Shown here piece by piece: positions 52,282 to 61,200 of a DNA stretch of 64,000 bases. Source of the stretch: an uncultured Acidobacteriota bacterium. Lineage in GTDB: Bacteria > Acidobacteriota > UBA6911. The notes below the pieces were generated by a model. The model searched no databases and was not told the origin of the DNA. It saw only the letters and a program-made list of their open reading frames with translations. The position numbers and the translations under genes were made by a program. The stretch spans positions 1-64,000 of the forward strand of contig CAWHCF010000049.1 of NCBI GenBank assembly GCA_963827655.1. The letters are read 5' to 3'. Numbering within the stretch: position 1 is the first letter of the stretch; the number at the start of each line of letters is the position of its first letter.

Positions 52282-52311
52282 ATTAATAAAATCTGAGCAA
52301 AGCATTGTCAA
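52282..52311 (-). promoter_or_regulatory. Sigma-70 promoter of second hsp20 with same spacer motif
   Basis: TTGACA-atgctttgctcagattt-TATTAAT. Confidence 0.6.
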
Positions 52312-52460
52312 ATCACTTCCCAGGTTTTTCTTTACCCGGGCGAAGCTGTTACTGGCTGTTTCGCGACGGCGGCAGGCAGGCTGCTCTTAGCTTAACGCTT
52401 GTAGAGCCTTTAACTTAGCGAGAGCTTACCCTTACCAACCCGGGAGATGCGGCCAGAAGG

Positions 52461-54509
52461 CTAAATCGAAAGTTTCCTTAGAGAACGGCGGACAAGCAGG
52501 ATGCAGAGCACGGAGAACATGATGAGGGCGCTCCAGGTGGCGTGTTCTCCGAAGATCTCGAGGATGTTGAGCTGCGAGCCCAGGGCCCCGGCCCATGCGG
52601 TGAATGCCTGTGCCCAACCCCAGTCGACCGACGCAAGGGTAGCAATCAAGAGGCCCGCAATCGAACCTCCAGCGACGAGCCCGGTTGAATACAGCATTCC
52701 GGAGGAGACCTCGCTTTCCTCCTGTTTTCCCCGGATCTTGTCACTGAGCCAGCGCATAGACCCGCCCACGAAGATCGGAAAGGTCGTAGAAATGGGAAGG
52801 TAGGCGCCGACCGCCCAGGCCAGACCCGAGACACCGCACAACTGGACCACCAGGGCCAGCGCGGCGCCCACAAAAATAAAGCCCCAGGGGAGATCTTGCG
52901 AGAGAACCCCTTTGATAATCGTGGCCATCAACGTGCCTTGAGGGGCGGGAAGTCTCGACTCCCCGATCGGCCCGTATTCGGAGTTATGCAGACCGATGAG
53001 CGTCAACCCGATCACACTGACTGAAACCACGACGCCGATTATCAGCCCGATTTGCTGTCGAATGGGGGTCGCGCCTACCAGGAAACCGGTCTTTAGATCT
53101 TGTGAGGTGGCGCCCGCATTGGCAGCCGCGATACAGACGATCGCGCCCACGCAGAGCGCGGCTCCCTGATACGCGTCTCCCCCCATTCCGAGAGAAAGGA
53201 AGATCAGGGTCGTACCGAGCAGCGTCGCGATTGTCATTCCAGAGATAGGATTCGAGGAGCTCCCTATGAGCCCTACAATCCTGGAGGATACGGCGACGAA
53301 AAAGAAACCAAAGACGAGAATAAGCAGGGCGGTAAGGACATTTCCCGGGAAGACACCGGTGGGTAGATTGGGCAGAAGAGCGATGATAAGCGCGAGCACA
53401 ACCGATCCGGCCAGAACCCAGCTTATCGGCATATCTCTTTCGGTTCGCTTCAGCGCCACGGTCTCACCCGGCTTGGCAGCGCTGAGGTCCCGGATCGAGC
53501 CCCGGACCGAAGAGACGATCGTCGGCAGCGTCCGGATCAGCGTGCTCAGCCCTGCCATGGTCACGGCGCCGGCTCCGATGTATCGGACGTAGGCCCGGTA
53601 GAACCACTCGGCAGGTAAATGGGTATCGATCCACTGCTGGGTGAAGCCCAGTTTCTTGAGATCGGCGTGGACGGTCGCGTCGCTGACGAACATCGATAAC
53701 AAGGGAATCAGGCCAATCCAGGCAAGGACCGAGCCAGAAACCATGATGCCGGCGATCTGAGGGCCGATGATGTAGCCGACCCCAAGATACTCCGGGGTTA
53801 CTTCGGAGGTTAAAGTTGCGTTCTTGAAGGCGGCGTTCGGACCGGTTCTGAACTGGAATGTCTCGCGCCAGAATCTTCCGATCTTCTGAAAGATCGAGTA
53901 GAAGAGCGCAATCCAAAAGCCGGCGAATACGGTCCGCGCCATTTCGCCGCCACGCTCCCCGGCCACGAGCACCTCGGCGCAAGCGGTTCCCTCCGGGTAG
54001 GGGAGTTTCCCGTGTTCCCGAACGATCAGCGCACGACGCATCGGGACCATCAGCAACACTCCCAGGATGCCTCCCACCGCAGCCAGGGTCATGATTTGCA
54101 GGTAATTGAAGTATTCCCGGCCCCCGGCGATAAAGAGAAACGCGGGTGTGGTAAAAACCACGCCGGCTGCGATCGACTCCCCCGCGGAGCCTATCGTCTG
54201 CACGATATTGTTTTCCAGAATGGTGGATCGGCCGATTTTCTTGAAAACCGCGATCGACAGAACCGCGATTGGAATCGAGGCGGAGACGGTCAGCCCTGCG
54301 CGCAGGGCGAGGTAAACGGTGACGGCGCCGAAGAGCAGGCCGAAGAAGGATCCCAGGACGACGGCTTTGAGGGTGAATTCAGGGACTTCCTGTTCCGGGG
54401 GTATGTAAGGGCGGTGCTCGGCGGCTTCTCCTTTTTCCTGGATCTCGACTGGGTGTGCCAACGCTTGCTCCTTGGGATCGGGACCTGATGACGGCGGCGA
54501 TCCTAGCAC
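52461..54509 (-). CDS. OPT family oligopeptide transporter
   Basis: [42 protein letters not shown]. Confidence 0.95.
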   Translation of the reverse strand: MLGSPPSSGPDPKEQALAHPVEIQEKGEAAEHRPYIPPEQEVPEFTLKAVVLGSFFGLLFGAVTVYLALRAGLTVSASIPIAVLSIAVFKKIGRSTILENNIVQTIGSAGESIAAGVVFTTPAFLFIAGGREYFNYLQIMTLAAVGGILGVLLMVPMRRALIVREHGKLPYPEGTACAEVLVAGERGGEMARTVFAGFWIALFYSIFQKIGRFWRETFQFRTGPNAAFKNATLTSEVTPEYLGVGYIIGPQIAGIMVSGSVLAWIGLIPLLSMFVSDATVHADLKKLGFTQQWIDTHLPAEWFYRAYVRYIGAGAVTMAGLSTLIRTLPTIVSSVRGSIRDLSAAKPGETVALKRTERDMPISWVLAGSVVLALIIALLPNLPTGVFPGNVLTALLILVFGFFFVAVSSRIVGLIGSSSNPISGMTIATLLGTTLIFLSLGMGGDAYQGAALCVGAIVCIAAANAGATSQDLKTGFLVGATPIRQQIGLIIGVVVSVSVIGLTLIGLHNSEYGPIGESRLPAPQGTLMATIIKGVLSQDLPWGFIFVGAALALVVQLCGVSGLAWAVGAYLPISTTFPIFVGGSMRWLSDKIRGKQEESEVSSGMLYSTGLVAGGSIAGLLIATLASVDWGWAQAFTAWAGALGSQLNILEIFGEHATWSALIMFSVLCILLVRRSLRKLSI

Positions 54510-54594
54510 AAATGCAAGTGGTTACCAAGGCTTGGATCCTTGACAAAAATACCACTAAGACTCAAAGACACGAAGAAACACCAAGGCTCGGGCG

Positions 54595-55855
54595 CTATGT
54601 GCTCTGGGCCCGGCTCCGTGTCTTTAACGCCTGATTCTCGAGCGAGAGGTCGGCGATGAGAATCTTCAGCCGGTAGTTCTCCTCTGCGAGTTGCTCGGTC
54701 GGCGGGCCGCCGGCTGCCCGATCTGCGCCTGGCGGGCGGTAGCTTACCGCCAGGTCGTTCAAGGCGCCCACGAGCGTGCCGATTTCGTCGGTCGAGGGCG
54801 TTCCGACCGGGCCGCTACGTTCACCGGTTGTGAGGCCGCGAACGGCAGAAGTCAGCGTCCGCAGACGTGTCACAGAAATGTGCCCAATCCAGAGTGAGAT
54901 GAAGATCCCGATGAGCGAAATTGAAATCACCCACCCCAGAGCCCAGTTGCGTTCGCTGGAGCTCTGCATCGATTCGTTGCTTGAGCAAGTCGTCGAGAAG
55001 CGAGACCGTTATGTCGTACAACTTGAAGGTGCGGGTCTGGGCTTCTTCGAGCGCGCTTTGGAGCGCGCTCGCGTTCGCGTTTCGATCAGTCCCGAGGACT
55101 GCATGGTCGAACAGTGCCAGCAACTGATCCGCCGATCGCTCGAACTGTTGGCGTGGTTGTTCCAGCGTGAGCTTCAACTTCGGATTGAAGTCAGTGGCGA
55201 CGCCCAGGTCCGACTTCACGGCTTGAATGTCAGCCTTCAGGAGCGTCAGCGTTGCCACCAACTCGTCACGGTTGCGCTCGGGCATCGGAGCGTTCGCGGC
55301 CAACCCTGGAGTTTGATCGATCAGCCGGTTCAAAAGATCGCTTTCGTTCTCGAGCTTCACCACGGAAGCGTCCATGAGGTAGTAGCTGTCCAGCACAGGG
55401 TCGAGGATCAGGCCGCTGGTGTCAATGACGAGGGCATGGAGAGATCTCAGGCTGCCGTCGATTTTGGCCTCCAGCTCAGCCGCGCCCGGCTCTGCCGCGC
55501 GCTCCTTCAACTGCTGCCACATTTTCTTGAGCTTGACGAAATCGTCAGTCGTGCCGAGCTGCGACCCGAGCTGAAGGTCGAGCTCGTCGAGTCGCGTCAT
55601 GGCCAGGTCGATGGCGACGCGCTTCTCAGCCAGCGCCTCCGATCCCGCGCCGCCTGCCTTGAGCCGCCGCGCCTCCGTAGCGAGCGCGCGAACCTGCCTC
55701 AGCGGACCGAGGTACGTGAGTCCGGTTCGCTCCTTGGCTGCAATCGAGATCGGCTCGCGCTTGTCAGCCGCCAGGAAGAACAGAGCAAGAATGTTCGCCG
55801 TAACCAGCACGGCGAACGCGACAAGCAACTTTTCCCAAATCTTCAAATGTATCAT
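54595..55855 (-). CDS. Membrane sensor-like protein: TM - helical periplasmic domain - TM - HAMP - short leucine zipper; frameshift about 54950
   Basis: Two ORFs (54821-55855, 54595-54969); SGLILDP.LDSYYLMD ligand-binding-domain motif; DEIG.L..ALN HAMP. Confidence 0.72.
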
Positions 55856-55917
55856 CGGCGGGTACTCCTTACGGCAGTTGATAAAACCGCAACGTCCGTG
55901 TTACAAACGGACTGTCT

Positions 55918-56742
55918 GTGGACATCATCTGGCTCTATCAGATTCCAAACTGGCTGCTGTGCCTCCTGGTCGTGGGCGTATTCACGACTGTCTCCCTCGT
56001 TGGCCTTAAGCTCACGCGGCCCTGGGTAAGTTCCTTCAAGACGCACCACAACGATATCGTGGCTTCCTTTGCGGCCTCGGTGGGCGTCCTGTACGCCGTG
56101 CTGCTCGCGATGATTGCCGTCGCGGCCTGGACGAATTACACGACCGTTGATTCATTGGCGGCCCAGGAAGCCGATCTGGTTCATTCGCTCTTTCGCGACA
56201 TCGAGGCGTACCCGCAATTCGAGCGCGATGAACTGCGGGGCCTGCTGCGAGAGTATGTCGACACCGTGATTCATACCGAGTGGCCGGCTCTCCAGAACGG
56301 ATCGACCGACAGGCGCGCCGCACTGGTCGTGGATTCTATCTTTTCGGGGTGGATCAAGTTGGATCCGAGGACCGAAGCCCAGAAAATCGTCAACGCTGAG
56401 ACTCTGGCGCGGCTCAATTTGTTCCAGAGCGTGCGGCAGAGCCGCCTCCAGACGGGCGGCAATGGCCTCGATGCGGTCCTGTGGGTCGTCGTGCTGGCCG
56501 GAGCCATGATGAGCATCGGCATTTGTTACCTGTTCTGGGTGGAGAACAAGCTGCTCCACCAGGTCATGATTGCCATCCTCGGTGTGATGATCGGCGTCGT
56601 GGTCTATCTCATCCTGGCGCTGGATCATCCGATGTGGGGCGCGATCACCATCCGGCCCACGGCATTCGAAGCGGTGGCGGATTCGATGGACCGGGTCTTA
56701 CACCCGCTGACGCCTGGCGAGCGGCGCGTCTCACAACGCTAA
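55918..56742 (+). CDS. DUF4239 (bestrophin-like) membrane protein
   Basis: GVLYAVLLA...W, EA, EWP, R..R, LDHP..G pattern; 4 TM. Confidence 0.82.
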   Translation: MDIIWLYQIPNWLLCLLVVGVFTTVSLVGLKLTRPWVSSFKTHHNDIVASFAASVGVLYAVLLAMIAVAAWTNYTTVDSLAAQEADLVHSLFRDIEAYPQFERDELRGLLREYVDTVIHTEWPALQNGSTDRRAALVVDSIFSGWIKLDPRTEAQKIVNAETLARLNLFQSVRQSRLQTGGNGLDAVLWVVVLAGAMMSIGICYLFWVENKLLHQVMIAILGVMIGVVVYLILALDHPMWGAITIRPTAFEAVADSMDRVLHPLTPGERRVSQR

Positions 56743-56789
56743 GGCTCGTCCGTGCGCTTGATCCATCGGTGGATTTCACGACCATCCAC

Positions 56790-57818
56790 TCAACGGTCCG
56801 TCAGAAAGAAAAGCGCCGTGAGCAGCAGCACCGAAACAACGGCGACCGCCGGGAACACCATCCGCGCAGCCCGGGACAGCCATTCCGCCCTATCCGTGTC
56901 GCCACGGCGGACGCTGCCGTGTGCCAGGATGGTCTCCACCATCACCAGAAAGATGAGACCGTACGACGCCAGACAGACGCCATCCATGAAGGTCATGTAG
57001 GAGACACGCGGCCGATTGCCGGCAATCACGAGGCTGAACGCGATTGCGGTCAGCATCGCGGTGAGACCGATGTTCATGCGGGTCTGCAAATCCGCCGGCG
57101 TCACCCAGAACGAAGTCCACGACAGCGCCGTGATCAGGGCAATCGGCAGGAACACGTTCCAAAGGTAGTACCCCACCTTCCGGCGAACGCGGATCTCGAA
57201 GGAGTATCGGGAGTAGGGGCGCCGGTCCGGATTGTGGTCGTCCATGTCGAATCGGTCACTCGCGTCGAGGATGTCCCAGTCAGGCAGAAACGCCGACGGG
57301 CTCCGCATCTCACGGCCGGCTCGCGGGACGAACACGAGCTCATCCTGGCCGAACCGAAAAGACTCGATCTGCAGCGGCAGCGTCTGCTCGTCGAACGGAA
57401 AGCGGCGCAGGTTCAATTCGGCAGCCAGATCGACCGTGAATCGCTCCTCATATTTTACGCGCCCTTCCGGGTCGAGGGTGATCTGGGCATTGGCAATCTG
57501 CCGGGGCGAGTGCTGATTCATCAACTCGATGTTCGGCGACCAGATCTGACCCAGCGTCACCCCTGCTCGATCCAGCGCCGGTGCCGCCTGCAGGCTGAGT
57601 CGAGGATCTCTCCATTCGAGCGTCAGGTAGCCGTCCATCGTGTAGATAAGGTTCTCTTCATCGACCCGAACGAAGTCGATCAGGTATGCGGCAATTTCCA
57701 CACGCACGGGCCGTTCGTTCGGCAGGTCTCGCAGGCCCGAGTGGCTGCTGGTCTGGGCTGAGCCTGCCCAGGAGACCGTCACGACCAGAAACAGGACCAT
57801 GGAAACCCGTCGACCCAT
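56790..57818 (-). CDS. Pentameric ligand-gated ion channel (GLIC/ELIC-like)
   Basis: Signal peptide; W.DPRL, IW.P.I...N, LRRFPFD.Q.L, four TM helices, PRVSYMTFMD. Confidence 0.9.
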   Translation of the reverse strand: MGRRVSMVLFLVVTVSWAGSAQTSSHSGLRDLPNERPVRVEIAAYLIDFVRVDEENLIYTMDGYLTLEWRDPRLSLQAAPALDRAGVTLGQIWSPNIELMNQHSPRQIANAQITLDPEGRVKYEERFTVDLAAELNLRRFPFDEQTLPLQIESFRFGQDELVFVPRAGREMRSPSAFLPDWDILDASDRFDMDDHNPDRRPYSRYSFEIRVRRKVGYYLWNVFLPIALITALSWTSFWVTPADLQTRMNIGLTAMLTAIAFSLVIAGNRPRVSYMTFMDGVCLASYGLIFLVMVETILAHGSVRRGDTDRAEWLSRAARMVFPAVAVVSVLLLTALFFLTDR

Positions 57819-57868
57819 ATGCTCTCCACCATTCCCGCAGGCGCCTGGGACCATTCTGTCACCGCGTT

Positions 57869-58876
57869 TCAGGTGAGGAAAATACCGGCGATCACGAGGT
57901 TCGATAGCAAGAACACGAGTGGAAACGCCCACAGGCATATTCTTGACATCGCCTCGGCCCGGTCAGGTGATCCCGATCGGCGGATGAGAACGTGTCCAAA
58001 CACGGATCCGGCGGCGGCGAGAAAGATGACCGCGTAGGCGCTGAGAAAAACTGCGTCCATGAACGTGATGTAGGAGACGCGCGGCCGCGAGTCGGCGATC
58101 ACGAGGCTGAACGCGATGGCGGTCAGGAGCGCCGTGATGGAGATGCCGGTTCGAGTCGAGATGTCCTCGGGGGCGATCCAGAAGACCGACCAGGCGAGCA
58201 CGGCGATCAGCAGGAGCGGCAGGCAGATGTTCCACAGGTAGAAGCCGGCCTTGCGCTGCACCCGGATTTCGAAATTGTACCGCGAGTAAGGCCGCCGCTC
58301 GGGATTGTAATCGTCGACATCCATCCGCTGGGATGCCCCGAGGATATGCCATTCCGCGAGAAACGCGCGCGGACTGACAAGCTCTTGTCCTTGAATGGGC
58401 GTCAGGACGAGCGCGGACCGATCATAGCGAAACGATTCGATCGAGAGCGGCAGCGTCTGCGAGTCGAACGGGAACCGCCGCAGGTCGAGTTCGGCGGCGA
58501 GCCTGGCCGTGAACCGCTCCTCGTACTTCACCCGTCCGTCATCGTCGATCGTGATCTGCGAGTTGGTCGTCTGTCGCGGTTCGTGCTCGTTCGCGAACTC
58601 GAGGTTGGGCCACCAGATCTGATCGACGGTCACCGCGGCGCGATCCAGATCCGGCGCAGAACCCTTGACCAGACGCGGGTCGTGCCAGGTCGCGGTAAGG
58701 TACGCGCTGACCGTGTAGGTCAACGTCTCTTCGGCGATTTCCTCGAAGTCGATCAGGTACGCGCCTACGCTGACCTCTACGTGATTGCCGGGTGGGAAAG
58801 ATTTAAAGCTCTGGGCCCACGCCTTGGTGCAGGCGACTAGGGCCAGTGCGGTCATGACCGCAGCTACACGAATCAT
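57869..58876 (-). CDS. Pentameric ligand-gated ion channel (GLIC/ELIC-like), paralog
   Basis: Signal peptide; WHDPRL, IWWPNLEF.N, LRRFPFDSQTL, PRVSYITFMD. Confidence 0.9.
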   Translation of the reverse strand: MIRVAAVMTALALVACTKAWAQSFKSFPPGNHVEVSVGAYLIDFEEIAEETLTYTVSAYLTATWHDPRLVKGSAPDLDRAAVTVDQIWWPNLEFANEHEPRQTTNSQITIDDDGRVKYEERFTARLAAELDLRRFPFDSQTLPLSIESFRYDRSALVLTPIQGQELVSPRAFLAEWHILGASQRMDVDDYNPERRPYSRYNFEIRVQRKAGFYLWNICLPLLLIAVLAWSVFWIAPEDISTRTGISITALLTAIAFSLVIADSRPRVSYITFMDAVFLSAYAVIFLAAAGSVFGHVLIRRSGSPDRAEAMSRICLWAFPLVFLLSNLVIAGIFLT

Positions 58877-59294
58877 GTCGGGCCTCAGGCGGGTCGATTG
58901 CGGCCAGGATCCTTATCCGCCCGAGCCGGGGGTTACTCGAGGAGAATTCACGGCATAGACGCTGGGCGGCAACTCCGCCCAGGAATCGTCGCGCTGCCGT
59001 GGGCCGCCAGGTTGCTCCTTACTTCCGCCAATTTGCGGGAAGTGTGGTTATTGTATTTGCGCGTCAACTGTTCCGGAGTTCCTACAGGCGCCGGATTCTA
59101 CACCAAGAAGATGCAAAAAGTCGCCACTGGTGTTCATCAACTTAAACCCGGCAATGCTGTCCTTGTAGGTTCGTGGTAGTGCTGCCGAGCAAAGCCAGCT
59201 TGAAGACGCTATGTCTCGAAGTTAACCCGACTCGCCGAATACAAGCCTATTGCCGGCTATTCGAGCTTTGCGGTAATAATGGGTCTTCAAGATC

Positions 59295-60953
59295 ATGAAA
59301 CTCGACCTCTCCTACAAGAACTGTACCGTGGGCAATCTCCTTACCGAGCTGGCGCACCGGTTGCCGGACCACGAAGCCCTGGTCTATCCTTACAGGAATC
59401 TACGTTGGAACTTTGCCCGGCTCGAAGAGGAGGCCGTCCGGGCGGCGCAGAGCCTGCTGGCGCTGGGTATTGAAAAGGGAGATCGAGTCGCGATCTGGGC
59501 TACGAATACTCCGGAGTGGATCGTGCTCCAGTTCGCCCTGGCCAAGATCGGCGCCATCCTGGTCACGGTCAACACTGCGCTAGGACGGCGAGAGATCGAA
59601 TACCTGCTCGCCCAGTCTGAAACCAGCACGCTTTTCCTGATTTCGGGCTTTCGCGATGTCAACTATCTCGCGACTCTGCGCGAGATCGCTCCCGAGTTGC
59701 CGCATCAAGCATTTGGCGCCTTGCGCTCGAAGAACCTGCCCTTCCTGCGGCGTGTGATCTACCTCGGAGAGGAAACCCAGCCTGGCATGCTTCGTTATTC
59801 CGATCTTCTCGAACTTGCCGGCCGTGTGGCGCCGGGAGAATTGTCTCGGCGCGAGGCGATGCTCGACGTCGACGAAGTGATCAATATGCAGTACACCTCA
59901 GGGACCACCGGGTTTCCCAAAGGAGTCATGCTCAGCCATCGCAACATTCTCAACAACGGCTCCTATCTCGGGGATGGCTTGGGTTATACGCCGTCGGACC
60001 GTCTCTGTCTTCCGGTGCCGCTATTTCACTGCTTCGGTTGCGTCATTGGCGTGCTGGGAGCCTACACCCACGGAACCACATTGATTCCCCTCGAATTCTT
60101 TGATCCGCGGCAAGTGCTCGAGATTGTCAGTCGCGAGCGGTGTACCGCCATCTATGGCGTGCCGACGATGTTTATTGCCGTGCTCGAGCACCCTGACTTC
60201 CACCAGTACGACCTCTCGAGTCTGCGGACCGGGGTGATGGCCGGCTCTCTTTGTCCGATCGAGTTGATGAAGCAGGCGATCGCCAAGATGCACCTCAGGG
60301 AGCTGACAATTGCTTATGGGTTGACGGAGGCTTCGCCCGGTGTGACCCAAACTTCTCGCTTCGATACCCTTGAGAAACGAACCACGACTGTGGGGCGCGC
60401 GCTGCCGGAGGTAGAAGTGAAGATCGTGGACCCTGGGGACGGCAACACCCTCGAGCCCGGCCAGCAGGGGGAGCTCCTTACCAGGGGATACCACGTGATG
60501 AAGGGATATTACAAGAATGAAGCGGCCACACGAGAGACCATTACTACCGAAGGATGGCTTCGAACCGGCGATCTGGCAAGCATGGACCAGGAGGGGTACT
60601 TCGTCATCACCGGCCGGATCAAGGACATGATCATTCGTGGCGGTGAAAACATCTACCCGAAAGAGATCGAGGAGTATCTTCGAACCCACCCTGCGGTAAG
60701 CGATGTGGCGGTGTATGGCGTACCGAGCGCGCGCTATGGCGAAGAGGTCGCCGCCGCAGTGAAGCTTAAGCCGGGGTTGAAGACGAACGCCGAGGAGCTG
60801 CGTCGCTTCTGTGAGGGAAATCTTTCGAGATTCAAAATTCCAAAGTACATTCAATTCGTAGAAAGCTATCCGCTCACCGCCAGCGGAAAGATTCAGAAGT
60901 TCATCCTTCGGGAGAGAGCCGCTGCAGACTTCGGCCTGGAGAACGTGTCTTAA
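59295..60953 (+). CDS. AMP-binding acyl-CoA synthetase
   Basis: [41 protein letters not shown]. Confidence 0.95.
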   Translation: MKLDLSYKNCTVGNLLTELAHRLPDHEALVYPYRNLRWNFARLEEEAVRAAQSLLALGIEKGDRVAIWATNTPEWIVLQFALAKIGAILVTVNTALGRREIEYLLAQSETSTLFLISGFRDVNYLATLREIAPELPHQAFGALRSKNLPFLRRVIYLGEETQPGMLRYSDLLELAGRVAPGELSRREAMLDVDEVINMQYTSGTTGFPKGVMLSHRNILNNGSYLGDGLGYTPSDRLCLPVPLFHCFGCVIGVLGAYTHGTTLIPLEFFDPRQVLEIVSRERCTAIYGVPTMFIAVLEHPDFHQYDLSSLRTGVMAGSLCPIELMKQAIAKMHLRELTIAYGLTEASPGVTQTSRFDTLEKRTTTVGRALPEVEVKIVDPGDGNTLEPGQQGELLTRGYHVMKGYYKNEAATRETITTEGWLRTGDLASMDQEGYFVITGRIKDMIIRGGENIYPKEIEEYLRTHPAVSDVAVYGVPSARYGEEVAAAVKLKPGLKTNAEELRRFCEGNLSRFKIPKYIQFVESYPLTASGKIQKFILRERAAADFGLENVS

Positions 60954-61011
60954 AGAATCGTCACTCCAGAGCCAGCGAAACAAATACCACCAGGACACGA
61001 AGACACCAAGG

Positions 61012-61039
61012 TTCGTTCGGGGACTTCGCCCCGAACGAA
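61012..61039. terminator. Hairpin downstream of acyl-CoA synthetase
   Basis: ttcgttcgggg-acttcg-ccccgaacgaa, 11-bp stem, no clear U tract. Confidence 0.45.
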
Positions 61040-61200
61040 AGGCCCCTTGCGAACGACAACATGTTGGTTTGAACGTTTCACCAAGCGTCTAAGAACCTAA
61101 GACACGCTGTTCGCATGTCCCCGATCGAGAATGATCCTCCGCTGGCGTGCCTCCGGGACAGAATTAAGGTATCATTACAACTTTTCTAAGGAGCCCCCTG

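Noticed and set aside
60960-61200. T-box leader upstream of ileS
   Set aside because: No T-box consensus (GGTGG.ACC) or terminator with U tract recognisable.
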